Position numbers and translations under genes: made by a program. A stretch of 64,000 nucleotides of DNA from Octopus vulgaris. Lineage: Eukaryota. Each line of letters begins with the position of its first letter. Within the stretch, counting starts at the first letter, position 1. Below are positions 52,655 through 64,000 of this stretch, piece by piece. The notes beneath the pieces are model-generated. The model was not told where the DNA came from. It searched no databases and worked only from the letters and a program-made list of their open reading frames with translations. The stretch covers positions 46,934,001 to 46,998,000 of the forward strand of contig OX597815.1 of NCBI GenBank assembly GCA_951406725.2. The letters are read 5' to 3'.

Positions 52655-52877
52655 GATAACGATCCCTATTGATCAATTTTTTTGCTCTCCCCCCACCTTT
52701 TTTTTATTTTATTTTTTTTTTTTTATTAACCCCTCCCTTTTTTTAGTCCTCTTTCTTTCCTTTTACGATCCCTTTTGATCGAAAACCACCACTCCCTTTT
52801 TTTTACCCCCAAAAGAAAAGCTCTACCTTGTAATTTGTTCTATCTGTGTGCAGCCCTGTGTGGCTAATAAAGAAACA
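52655..52877 (+). mobile_element. LINE-like 3' end remnant inside (TATC)n
   Basis: Ends TCTGTGTGCAGCCCTGTGTGGCTAATAAAGAAACA, similar to the family A LINE-like tail; TATC repeats on both sides. Confidence 0.55.
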
Positions 52878-53263
52878 TATCTATCTATCTACTGACATAT
52901 ACATTATTTGGATAAAATGTTGACTCTAACGGGTGTCTACCCGTTTCACTTCTTCAGGGATTTTAAAGTCAATCTCTCTGTCTGGTTGTCTGTCCGTTTG
53001 TGACCATTCCCTCCCCATTCCTCTAGATTGTGTTGTACCGCAGCAGGAGTCTTAAATGTATTTACTGGAAAGTGAAGAATCAAATACAACTGAAAGATTT
53101 TTCAACTGCAAAGGGAAATTCTTATTTCGGTGATGCAGTTTTGGCAATGCTATCTGGTTTGTATGTAAGGTGACACATTTATTTTGAAGTTTTGAAGGTT
53201 ACTATTTCTAGCAACAATAATGACCTCCATTGCGTATTGATATTCGTGACACACACACACACA

Positions 53264-53305
<42 letters not shown>

Positions 53306-53534
53306 CACGCACAGACTAACGTGAAAGGTCTTTATGTGGTTGATTAACTTGCTAATAATTGCAGTCTCATAACACTTACTTTGACGTCATATAAAGGAAT
53401 AAAACTTTAGATGATGTTGTATTGGAAACGCTCTTTGGATATGACAACGAAAAGATCACGGCCACAATGTCTGATTATAAATCAGGCTTAATCATGTCCT
53501 GTGATGGGCTAAACCACAACGACAATAAAATACA

Positions 53535-54330
53535 TATGGTTAAGAAACTCGCTTTGTTATCATGTGGCTTCGGGTTGAGTCCCACTCACGGTACCTTTGG
53601 GCAAGTCTTATACTGTAGACCCGGGTCGACCAATTTGGTAGATGGAAACTGTGTAGAAGTTATATATAGATATATATGTACACGTATATATATATGTGTG
53701 TGTGTGTGGGGGGGGGGCACATGGCCTAGTGGTTAGAGCAGGGGACTCGTGGTCGAGGGATCCCGGGTTCGAATCTCAGACCGGGCGATGGGTGTGGTTA
53801 TGAGCGAAACACATAAGCTCCACGCGGCTCCGGCAGAAGGTAATGGCCAACTTCTGCTGACTCTTTCGCTACAACTTTCTCTCACTCTTTCTTCCTGCCT
53901 CTTGCAGCTCACCTGCGACGGACCGGCGTCCCGTCCAGGTGGGGAACCAATACGCCAAGGAAACAGGGAAACTGGCCGTATGAGCCAGGCGTGGCTCGAG
54001 AAGGGACGAACAAAACATATGTGTGTGCGAGAGAGAGAGAGAGAGAGAGAAAGAGAGGGTATGTATGTATGTATGTCTAAGTCTTCGTGTGCGTGTGAAT
54101 CTATGTGCGTATGTGTGGTTGTGTCTGTATTTGTCCCCACTGACCTCAACATCGCTTGACAACTGTTGTTTTGTTTACTTCCCGAAACTCAGCGCCTCAG
54201 GAAAAGAGACCAATAGCATAACTATGAGACCGAGAAGGAAAAGATGCACGGGGGTCAATTTATTTTAGTCCAGTAAAACCTTCAAGGTGCTCCCCTAACA
54301 TGGCCGCAGTCCAATGACTGGAAGAAAAAC
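53535..54330 (+). mobile_element. Family B SINE with a family C SINE (~53708-54015) nested in its central microsatellite
   Basis: B head ~53535-53660, C copy with tail type 1, B tail ~54120-54330. Confidence 0.8.
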
Positions 54331-54386
54331 GTTCCTATGAACACTCACACATACGCAAATACGAAAATTGTATCGACGAACACGCG

Positions 54387-54424
<38 letters not shown>

Positions 54425-55647
54425 TACACACACACACACAAATAGATATACCAGCACGCTTAAACATAAACTCAGACATAGAGCAAATATATACACACAC
54501 ATGCATACCTGCACACGTGCATGCCTTCGTACATACACATTCGTACACACGTGCACACGTACCTGCATACAAGCATTCATATATACAGAAGTATATGCAA
54601 TCGTACATAAATGCATACATACATATAATCATGCATGCAAACATGCACGCATAAATATAAGCATACGTACATATATGCATACGTACAATCATACATACAA
54701 ACATAAATACATAAATACAGGCATACATACAACGATGCAAATATACATACAATCATACATACACACATGCATATATAAATATGAGCAAACACACAATGAT
54801 AAATATAAGCATACATACATACAATCATAGATACAAACGTGTATACATAAATGCAATCATACATATCCGCATACATACATAAATACATACAGCTGTACAT
54901 ACACATACACATGCAAAGATACGGACATTCATCACATATATACATACATTACCAAAAAGAGCACGCCTACACACAGATGCATGTATATACACGCACTAAC
55001 ATGCATATATGCTGTACTACACGCAAACCCACACATGTAAACGCTACACATACCAAATTATATTCATACGCCATAACGCCACCAAATATTGAACTATATT
55101 AACCGAACATCCAGTCGGCCAATCAACTACCCCTCTCCATCATGCTTCCGCACTCACGCATGCGCTCTACACCACCCCAATATCAACCTCACCTGACCAC
55201 CAATCACCCTTTCTTCCTATATCGGAATATTCTATACACGCATAGAATAGACGTCAGGAAGTCGGAACAATCTCACAGCCGTTCTTTTCTTTCTCTTTCT
55301 CTCTGATTCTCTCATTCTCATTCTCTATCAACCTCTTATCACACTTGTAAGCATATATTCGCACACGATCATACAAGAAAGCACACACATACACACGCAC
55401 GCACACACACACACACAGACGCACGAACACTTGTATCTGTGTGTATGAATACATAAACGAATACACGCCAACACACATACCGTATTCAGGTTATTTTTGC
55501 CGGATTAGGGTCTCGTGTTAAAACATGCAACACATGCATAATCATTGCAAAGGAAAACTTGTCAGATATGTAATATATACGCATGCAATATGCCATACAC
55601 GCCACTATACATACATACATACATACATACATACATACATACATACA

Positions 55648-55680
<33 letters not shown>

Positions 55681-55806
55681 GTGTATATATATATATATAT
55701 TCAATATATATTCCGAGAGAGAGAGAGAGAGGAGGTTAATATGGATAATTATATACATAGACATATATGCATATATATATGGATATTATATATTTATATG
55801 AAATTA

Positions 55807-55899
<93 letters not shown>

Positions 55900-56029
55900 T
55901 ATACATATTTCTCTCTGTGTAACATATATAGGTATACAAGTTTTATATATGTATATACCTATACGATAAAAGTATACACCCACACATATAATATGCGTGT
56001 GTGCGTGTGTGTATGTTTGTGTGTGTATA

Positions 56030-56064
<35 letters not shown>

Positions 56065-56461
56065 GCATACGCACACAAAAATATCATATATTTAAATCAT
56101 TCCAGCATTCATGATAACATATATCCAAATATTAATAATACAAAAAATCCTACTTGAACATATATTCGGTAATAGATATGTATACACAAAGACGCCTCTG
56201 CAAAAAATATAGACAGGACAATACATACATACATACATACATACATACATACATACATACATGATAAACAAAAAATATATTGCTGCTATTCTATATAATT
56301 GCAATTATAGGAATCCAGAATTTGCAAAGTATACAAATGCATGATACATTTGCATACAATGTATGTATTATACATAAGCATGCATTTGTAAATAGATATA
56401 CTTAGGTGTGTATCTCTACATCTGTTTGTATATAGACGCATAGGGTTCTGTTTAAGAACAT

Positions 56462-57230
56462 ACAGGCGCAGGTATAGGCTTTATGGTAAGAAATTTGTCT
56501 CCCACTACATGGTTCGGTCTCACTCTATGGCACCTTAAGAAATTGTCTTTGGACGACTAAACATTAGATGGAAACCGACAGAGGACGATCGCGCGCGCGC
56601 GCGTGCGTGTGTGTGTGTGTGTGTGTATGTGAGTGTGTGTGTGTATCCATAGGCGCAGTCGGGGTTCTGTGGTAAGAAGCTTGCTTCCCAACCATATGGT
56701 TCTGGGTTCAGTTCCACTGCGTGGCACCATGGGCACGTGTCTTCTGCTAAAGCCTCGGACCAGTCAAAGACTCGTAAGTGGATTTGGTAGACAGAAACTG
56801 AAAGAAGCCCGTTATTTATGTGTATGTAGATGTTTGTGCTTGTGTGTGTGTGTGTGTGTGTGCGTGTGTGTGTGTGTATCTATAGGCGCAGTCATGGTTC
56901 TGTGGTAAGAAGCTTGCTTCCCAACCACATGGTTCTGGTTCAGTTCCACTGCATGGCACCATGGGCACGTGTCTTCTGCTAAAGCCTCGGACCAATCAAA
57001 GGCTCGTAAGTGGATTTGGTAGACAGAAACGGAAAGAAGCCCGTTATATATGTGTATATATATATATATGTGTATCTTTGTTTCTGTGTTTATCCACACC
57101 ACCGCTTGACAACCGATGTTGGTGTATTTACGTCCTCGTAAAATAGCAGTTCAGTAAAACAGACCGATAGAATAAGTAATAGGCTTAAAAAGAAAATAAG
57201 TCAAGGGGTCGATTCATTCTATTAAAATTC
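56462..57230 (+). mobile_element. Three tandem family B SINE heads and one tail
   Basis: Heads at ~56464, 56651, 56884; tail ~57075-57230. Confidence 0.85.
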
Positions 57231-57234
57231 TCTA

Positions 57235-57271
<37 letters not shown>

Positions 57272-57349
57272 TCTAAGACCAGACAAGAATGTTTGGCCTA
57301 AAAGAAAAAACAGGCAGATATCTCTGAAATCACCTCAATCACCTAAAGG

Positions 57350-57657
57350 GTTTTAGTCGAAGAAATCAAGCTCAGGACATTCTTTTCTAAGCCTAGTTAC
57401 GAGGACATAAACACGCCAGCATCGGTTGTCAAGCGATGGTGGGCGGGAGTGACAAGCACAGACACACACAAATAAATAAATATGTATGTATATTTACAAG
57501 TTTCTTTCAGTTTCCGTCAACTAAATCCACTCACAAGGCTATGGTCGGCCCGAAGCTATAGTAGAAGACACTTGCCCAAGGTACCACGCAATGGGATTGA
57601 ACCCGGAACCATGTGGTTAGGAAGCAAGCTTCTTACCACACAATCACTCCTGCGCCT
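57350..57657 (-). mobile_element. SINE family B copy
   Basis: rc head ending CACTCCTGCGCCT at 57657. Confidence 0.85.
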
Positions 57658-57664
57658 ATTATGT

Positions 57665-58330
57665 ATACACCCAGAACCACGCTAATAGCTTAGGATTTTA
57701 AATTTAGGATTTTTCGGTTTTCTGTGTATAGATTTAGATAAAACTTTTTCCAGCTGGTTTGCAAACACTATAATAACACCGTTGTTATGTTTTCCTTATT
57801 TTGTGTAATCTCCTTTCTTTTTTATTTCAGATTCTTCATTTTTCTGGTGAACCACGCTAATAGCGTCTCTCCTCTCTATGAACAAAAGGACGTGAAAAAA
57901 GCCTTAACGATGAAGAAAAATCTGTCATCATCAAGGAAAGAGAATACAAAATGCCGGAATTGATATTTCATCCGAAGGTCAAGCGACTTTACCAATTCGG
58001 CACTTTTGCACATACGTTGCATATTTTCTCTGATATTTTCCATACCTTAGAAAACTAAGAATTGTGTATTACCCCAAACACTGCAATGGCTGTTGGGAAA
58101 CTGATTGGAAAGATGATTCATGGAGAATAATTATGCAAATTAATACAGTATCTTGAAAGAGCATGCTCTCTTTTTTGTAGGCGAAGAATACGTGACCGCA
58201 TCAGATTTTCGGAGTCAGAATGGAGACCTAAATACTCTCACTTAGAGATTCTAAGTGAAAGCATTTGGGACTTCATTCGTCAGTTAAGATCACATTTCTT
58301 TTTACTATTGAAGCGAAATCAGTTTTTCTC
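57665..58330 (+). mobile_element. Very decayed Tc1-like remnant
   Basis: ACCACGCTAATAGC direct repeat (57677, 57851); KGREKSLNDEEKSVIIKE N-terminus-like; YSILKEHAL and WRPKYSHLEILSESIW resemble the Tc1 WPxxSPDLNPIENxW region. Confidence 0.4.
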
Positions 58331-60023
58331 ATTGTGTGCTTCACGTGCGGCACTCTTCTGGGACGATTGTCATGTCAATCGTCTCATGCTTTATGAACAA
58401 TCAGACAATTGTTGGAGAATTTCAGGGAGAATCTTATAAAGAATTGGATTTTACTATGACTATTGCCACCAACTTAAAAGGGTCCAGAGTTCCCGGTCGT
58501 AATCCCAGTCCTCGAAAGATTTACCGTATAGAACAACTTATCAATGAAGAAATTGTATATATATTTAAATGCTTCAACGGCGCTACACTTGTACATAGAA
58601 TGTAAGTCACAGATATCGCTAGCAGTAGTCTATCGGCAGATAGGGAAATCTTCAATAGGATCGCACCCCATTATATTAGGGCACTAGTGCGGTGTGGCTT
58701 TATTGATAAGTTAGTATATAAGGAGGATCCTTCACTTTCAAGCGCGAAGAGAGAGAGAGAGAGAAAGAAAAGTAATCAAGTTTAATTTAATTCAAACTGG
58801 ATATTTCCATTAGTATAGCCGGGTAGTTTACGGATGCTAATTAAACTGCATATACCAAGAACTCATAGGTATTATAAACTCTTTAGCTTCTGTAATGGTT
58901 AACTTCTCATGCTTAAAAAATATCGCTTCCAAATTCGCACACCCAACACAATCTTCGTCCCACTTTACAACCTGCAACTGCCGAAATCCTGCTCACAGAG
59001 AGAATTCTACCTTTCATAGGCTGCAGTATATAGAAGCAACTTGCACCACACTATGACATCATGACACTCATCACGAGCGTGATAGCCTATGAAATTCTTT
59101 AGGTGTAGAGATGAGAAAACTCCATCTCCCTTCCTGCTTCATTTGGAGACTTCAGAACCATGGAATTGACTTCCAACTTAGCATGGGGAATGTTTGATAG
59201 AGCTTCTCCTTGCTCACTTGGATTTCATTTCTGGCTCCGTGAAAATATGCACTATTGCATCATCGACAGGAAAACCTAGCTAGTCTATTGTGGAAAGAGA
59301 AATATCTTGTTAATGAACCTAATCGGCCGTTGAATATCAAGTAACAACAGACTAGGCATAAATGGCCTTCGTAATAATCCTTACTGCCTTCAGAGTCATG
59401 CTGGTCATCTGTGTAACTGTTGTCGATGAAATGCCACACCCTACAGATGCCGCTTAACTGATGCCATCTCTACTACGTGGAGCTCCTAGTAAAGGAACTG
59501 ATGTCGCTAAAGCATTCAGATGATCTGGACCGTGTAAAATACTGTCATTTAGAAACTTTCGAATTTCTTCTAAATTCACTCTACTCCGACTCTGAATGAC
59601 TGGTGATATGAACATTCTAATGCTCTGAAACTTTAAGTAATGCGAAGTTGAGTCAGTCTGCTATTGTGCATATTATATATGTATGCGCGTGTGAGTGTGC
59701 GGAGGCGTGTGTACGCATATAGGTTGATGAACAAATAAAAGAAAGTACTCCACGAAAGTTGCGGTCACAATGGGATTTTAACGTTACTACAGCTGTCATA
59801 TACAAGCAACGCTGTATACATACTTTCGTAAATACATAGATACAAAACACACACACAGAAAGGGGTGTGTGAGGAATACATAGCTTTAAGGAGGGAGTGG
59901 GTGGCTTTTCTGCAGTCCATCGCAAGGAAACATTCACACACAGATGAACACACATACATACATATATATACATACATATATCTACTATACATCATTTTAA
60001 ACTCGTGACTATGTATGTGTACA

Positions 60024-60080
<57 letters not shown>

Positions 60081-60259
60081 TGTCCTATAACTGTCTCTAC
60101 TTTTGTCTTCACTGTTGCTGTTATAAGATTTTTTAAATGCATCAAAATTTCCAAATTTGGTATACTGAAATAATTTTTCACGTTATACCCGATTTTTCAT
60201 CTTTATTGAGCTCTTTGCTAACGTCTTGTATCAAAGGAATATTTGCGTTATATTTGTAA

Positions 60260-60294
<35 letters not shown>

Positions 60295-60295
<1 letters not shown>

Positions 60296-61328
60296 TAGCA
60301 ATATCGCCCGGCAATGCTCGAGTTTGTAAGGGAAATAACTATATAAGCATTTTTAGAGAGTTACTTCCCTTATAGATGCCAATTCGGGCTTTCTTAGTCA
60401 TTTCTGTTTTGGTGTCTTCAAGCCATGAAGTCGTTGTTCTAAAAGAACGCTGGTCTCCTTGACAACGCTTTACGACGTTGATTTCCTTACACTCCCTTCC
60501 CCACAGCTTCACGAGGGAGGGAAGAAGGGGAGAAGCAAACAGGTGCAGGTGTGAGCGTGGACGCCAACTCCGTCGCCATCGACACACGAAAAATTATGCA
60601 TTAAAATGGAATAAAAAATGATGTTAAATTATTTTTAAAATCGTAGACTCATCGTAGACGCGCGCTAATACTCAGACGGGCTCGATATGAATCACGACTA
60701 TAAGATACCCGAATTTGGTTAAACTGCACCGCAAAATGTGGGAGTAGTTAGGAATCTAAATCGAAGGGGACAGACACTCACACAACTACAGTTGTGTATA
60801 TATACTAGCAGTATCGCCCGGCGTTGCTCGGAGTTTGTAAGGGAAATAACTATATAAGCATTTTTAGAGAGTTACTTCCCTTATAGATGCCAATTCGGGC
60901 TTTCTTAGCCATTTCTGTTTTGGTGTCTTCAAGCCATGAAGTCGTTGTTCTAAAAGAACGCTGGTCTCCTTGACAACGCATTACAACGTTGATTTCCTTA
61001 AACTCCCTTCCCCACAGCTTCACGAGGGAGGGAAGAGGGGGAAAAGCAAACACAGGTGCAGGTGTTTGAGCGTGGACGCCAACTCCGCCGCCACCGATAC
61101 ACGAAAAATTATGCATTAAAATGGAATAAAAAATTATGTTAAATTATTTTTAAAATCGTAGACTCATCGTAGACGCGCGCTAATAGCCAGACGGGATTGA
61201 TATTAATCTCGACTATAAGATACCCGAATTTGGTTAAACTGCACCGCAAAATGTGGGAGGAGTTAGGAATCTAAATCGTAGGAGACAGACACTCACACAA
61301 CTACAGTTTTATATATATATATATATAT
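60295..61328 (-). mobile_element. Two head-to-tail non-autonomous Helitron-like elements (~510 bp each)
   Basis: Units start CTAGCA(A/G)TATCGCCCGGC..TGCTCG at 60295 and 60805; the rc is a subterminal hairpin followed by CTAG-T (Helitron 3' end); the other end merges with (TA)n. Confidence 0.82.
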
Positions 61329-61510
61329 CGTTGTGCGTGCGTGTGCGTGTGTATGTGTGTCTGTATGCGCGTACAGTGCTTTCGTTATTCGCTCGTTTTA
61401 CACACACAATCTTCAACAGTTCTCTCCCGATCTGAATTGTACCATTCACTGCTAATATTCACATACTCCTCTGATCTTACTCTTTTGTTGTTGCTCTATC
61501 ATTCTATCCC

Positions 61511-61541
<31 letters not shown>

Positions 61542-62269
61542 ATTTGTCAGGCTCTACACCTATCTGTCTCTCTCGCTTTATTACTCCGTCCCTTTATATC
61601 AGCACACCAGCCGCCTTCCCAACATAAACTCTATATCCAAAATGTTATCTCAGCCATCAGCTCAAATAGATATGTCATAAATAGACTGAAACACAGCGTC
61701 AACATGGCGTCGATGGGGGTTTTTCCGACGAAACTTGCGGTAGCTTTCTATTCTAACAAGAGAATCAAATATTCGGCCGCCATATGTAAATGATGGCTCA
61801 TATATCTAGCAGTCGAAGATGGTTATGTCAGAAGCAGCCTATTCACTAATTTGTCCGAACTTTTCGCCATACAAACTCCATAGTAAAAGACTATAAGACT
61901 ATTAGACCATTCAAAATCAACAAATTCAATGAAAAGGCCACGAATGCAAAAAAGAAATTGCATTCTATATCCTTGCGAATTAGAAAGCAAAACGAAACTG
62001 CACTTTTCTTCATTATCTTTTTCTTTGTGCTTTCTTCTCACATTCTCTTTCTTTGAGAAGGATTTTTCTCAATTTTCATACAATTTTCTCTTAAGGCTTC
62101 TTGTGATCCGTCTATATCTATCTATAGATAAATAAAGAAGCATGAAGAAGTGTGTGTGTGTGTGTGTATGATCATTATCTATTTCACCTTATTTTATCGA
62201 GTTTAATTTCATTCCTACAGTTTCTTTTCTCTTTGAGTTAAGTTTTCTATCTTTTACCCATTTATATTT

Positions 62270-62381
62270 CTTTCTTTCTGTCTCTCTCTTCTTTCTTTTT
62301 TTCTTTCTTTCTTTCTTTCTTTGACTCTCTCTGTCTGTCTCTCTCTATTTTACTCTCTCTTTCTCCCTCTCTCTCTCTCTC

Positions 62382-62466
<85 letters not shown>
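62270..62466. repeat. (CT)n/(CTTT)n microsatellite
   Basis: Direct read; (AG)n also at 20800-20865. Confidence 0.95.
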
Positions 62467-62468
<2 letters not shown>

Positions 62469-62899
62469 ATATTTAAACTTATCTCTGTCTTTATTTTCAA
62501 ATTTTCTTTCTGATTTCCGTGACCGCTTCTCTATAGTTTTGACCATTTTTTTCGCACCTTCTTTCATTTCTTTTTTCTATTTTATTCCTTTGTTGCTTTT
62601 CTCCTTCCCTTTCCTTTTCTCTTAACCGCCTCTTCTTCCATATTTTTCTTTATTTTCGACGATCACTTCTTTTGTTATGTGATCTTTATCTCAAACCTCC
62701 CTTCTTTTTGCTAACTTTAGTAACTACCTATTCATATATATAGATATTTAGTTTATAAGTCGTTCATGTATCCATCTGTCTTATCCGCCTTCTGAAATTT
62801 AAACTTTCTATTTTTCGTTTTCAGATACCCTTTTATCTATCTTTCATTTGGATAAATTCATTTCGGTATTTCTTTTTCATTTCATCAATTCTTCATTCT

Positions 62900-63195
62900 A
62901 GTGGAAGCACATGGCCTAGTGGTTAGAGCAGCGGATTCGCGGTCAAGGGATCATCGGTTCGAATCTCAGACCGGGTGATGTTTATGAGCGAAGCACCCAA
63001 GCTCCACGCGGCTCCGGTAGAAGGTAATGGCGAACTTCTGCTGACTCTTTCGCCACAATTTTCTCTCATTCTTTCCTCCTGCATCTTGCAGCTTATCTGC
63101 GACGGACCGGCGTCCTGTCCCGGTGGGGAACCTATACGCCAAGGAAACCGGGAAACCGGCCCTAATGAGTCAGGCAAGGCTCGAGAAGGAACAAA
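62900..63195 (+). mobile_element. SINE family C, tail type 1, with 14-bp TSD
   Basis: CAATTCTTCATTCT at 62886-62899 and 63196-63209; close to the 53708 copy. Confidence 0.9.
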
Positions 63196-63354
63196 CAATT
63201 CTTCATTCTTACTGTTCACCATCTCTTTCGTTTAGTTTTCTTAGCCCAGCAAACTTTTCCCTTCGGAGATATTATTCCACAAATACGTTTATACTTCTTC
63301 CTCTTTCACTCCTTCATGGATTTTTCAATTATTTTCTGCTAATTTCATTCTCTT

Positions 63355-63590
63355 TACTCTTTTACTCTTTTACTTGTTTCAGTCATTTGACTACGGTCAT
63401 GCTGGAGCAGCGCCTTTAGTCGAGAAACTCAACCCCAGGACTTATTCTTTGTAAGCCTAGTACTTATTCTATCGGTCTCTTATGCCGAACCACTTAGTTA
63501 CGGGGACGTAAACACACCAGCATCGGTTGTCAAGCGACGTTGGGGGAGAAACACAGACGCACAAACACACACGCACATGCACACACACAT

Positions 63591-63655
<65 letters not shown>

Positions 63656-63820
63656 TACGACGGGCTTCTTTCAGTTTCTGTCTACCAAATTCACTCACAA
63701 AGCTTTGGTTGGCCCAAAGCTATAGTAGAAGACACTTTCCCAAGGTGCCACGAAGTGGGAATGAACCCAGAGCCATGTGGTTGGTAAGCAAGCTACTTAC
63801 CACACACCCACTCCTGCGCC
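63355..63820 (-). mobile_element. Complete SINE family B copy
   Basis: rc tail, (CA)n/(TA)n centre, rc head ending CACTCCTGCGCC. Confidence 0.92.
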
Positions 63821-64000
63821 TTCAGTAATTATACCTTCTCGACTATCATATCCCACCTCTCACTCAAAATTCCGCCAAAATTTCTCCCCTTCTTTTTGCC
63901 CATAATTTTCTAACATTTCCACGTCTCTCCAGATTTTCTCCCCTTATATAAGTGAGAGAGTATCTAGAACTCCAGGCAGTACTCCTGAGAACACCGAGTA

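Noticed and set aside
58336-59620. Host coding exons in the relatively complex region
   Set aside because: Only short frames on either strand and no motif I recognise; BLASTX or RNA-seq would be needed.

Overview
AT-rich, microsatellite-saturated eukaryotic DNA with no recognisable host protein-coding gene. The repeat repertoire ((TA)n/(CA)n/(TAA)n/(TACA)n tracts and three very abundant tRNA-derived SINE families) suggests an Octopus/cephalopod intron or intergenic region; that is an inference from recall, not a search. Almost all listed ORFs are microsatellite artefacts. Real coding remnants are all transposon-derived: an L1/Tx1-type LINE 3' end, an R4/Dong-type RLE fragment in (TAA)n, a maT-type element, a near-complete DD34D mariner, a Buster-type hAT, a CR1-like LINE, a HERO-like fragment and a Neptune-type Penelope (RT C-terminus + GIY-YIG). 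Non-coding elements include MITE/foldback elements and two tandem non-autonomous Helitrons. Two signals stand out. (i) Several sequence-distinct minimal type-I hammerhead-ribozyme motifs lie in the Penelope 3' end and in short non-coding inserts in (TA)n, some with tail-to-tail hairpin heads, suggesting a family of Penelope-dependent, retrozyme-like elements. (ii) One SINE tail is homologous to the Tx1-type LINE 3' end and joins the same nucleotide of SINE heads five times, suggesting self-targeted insertion. All alignments and folds were done by eye; edges of degenerate elements are approximate.
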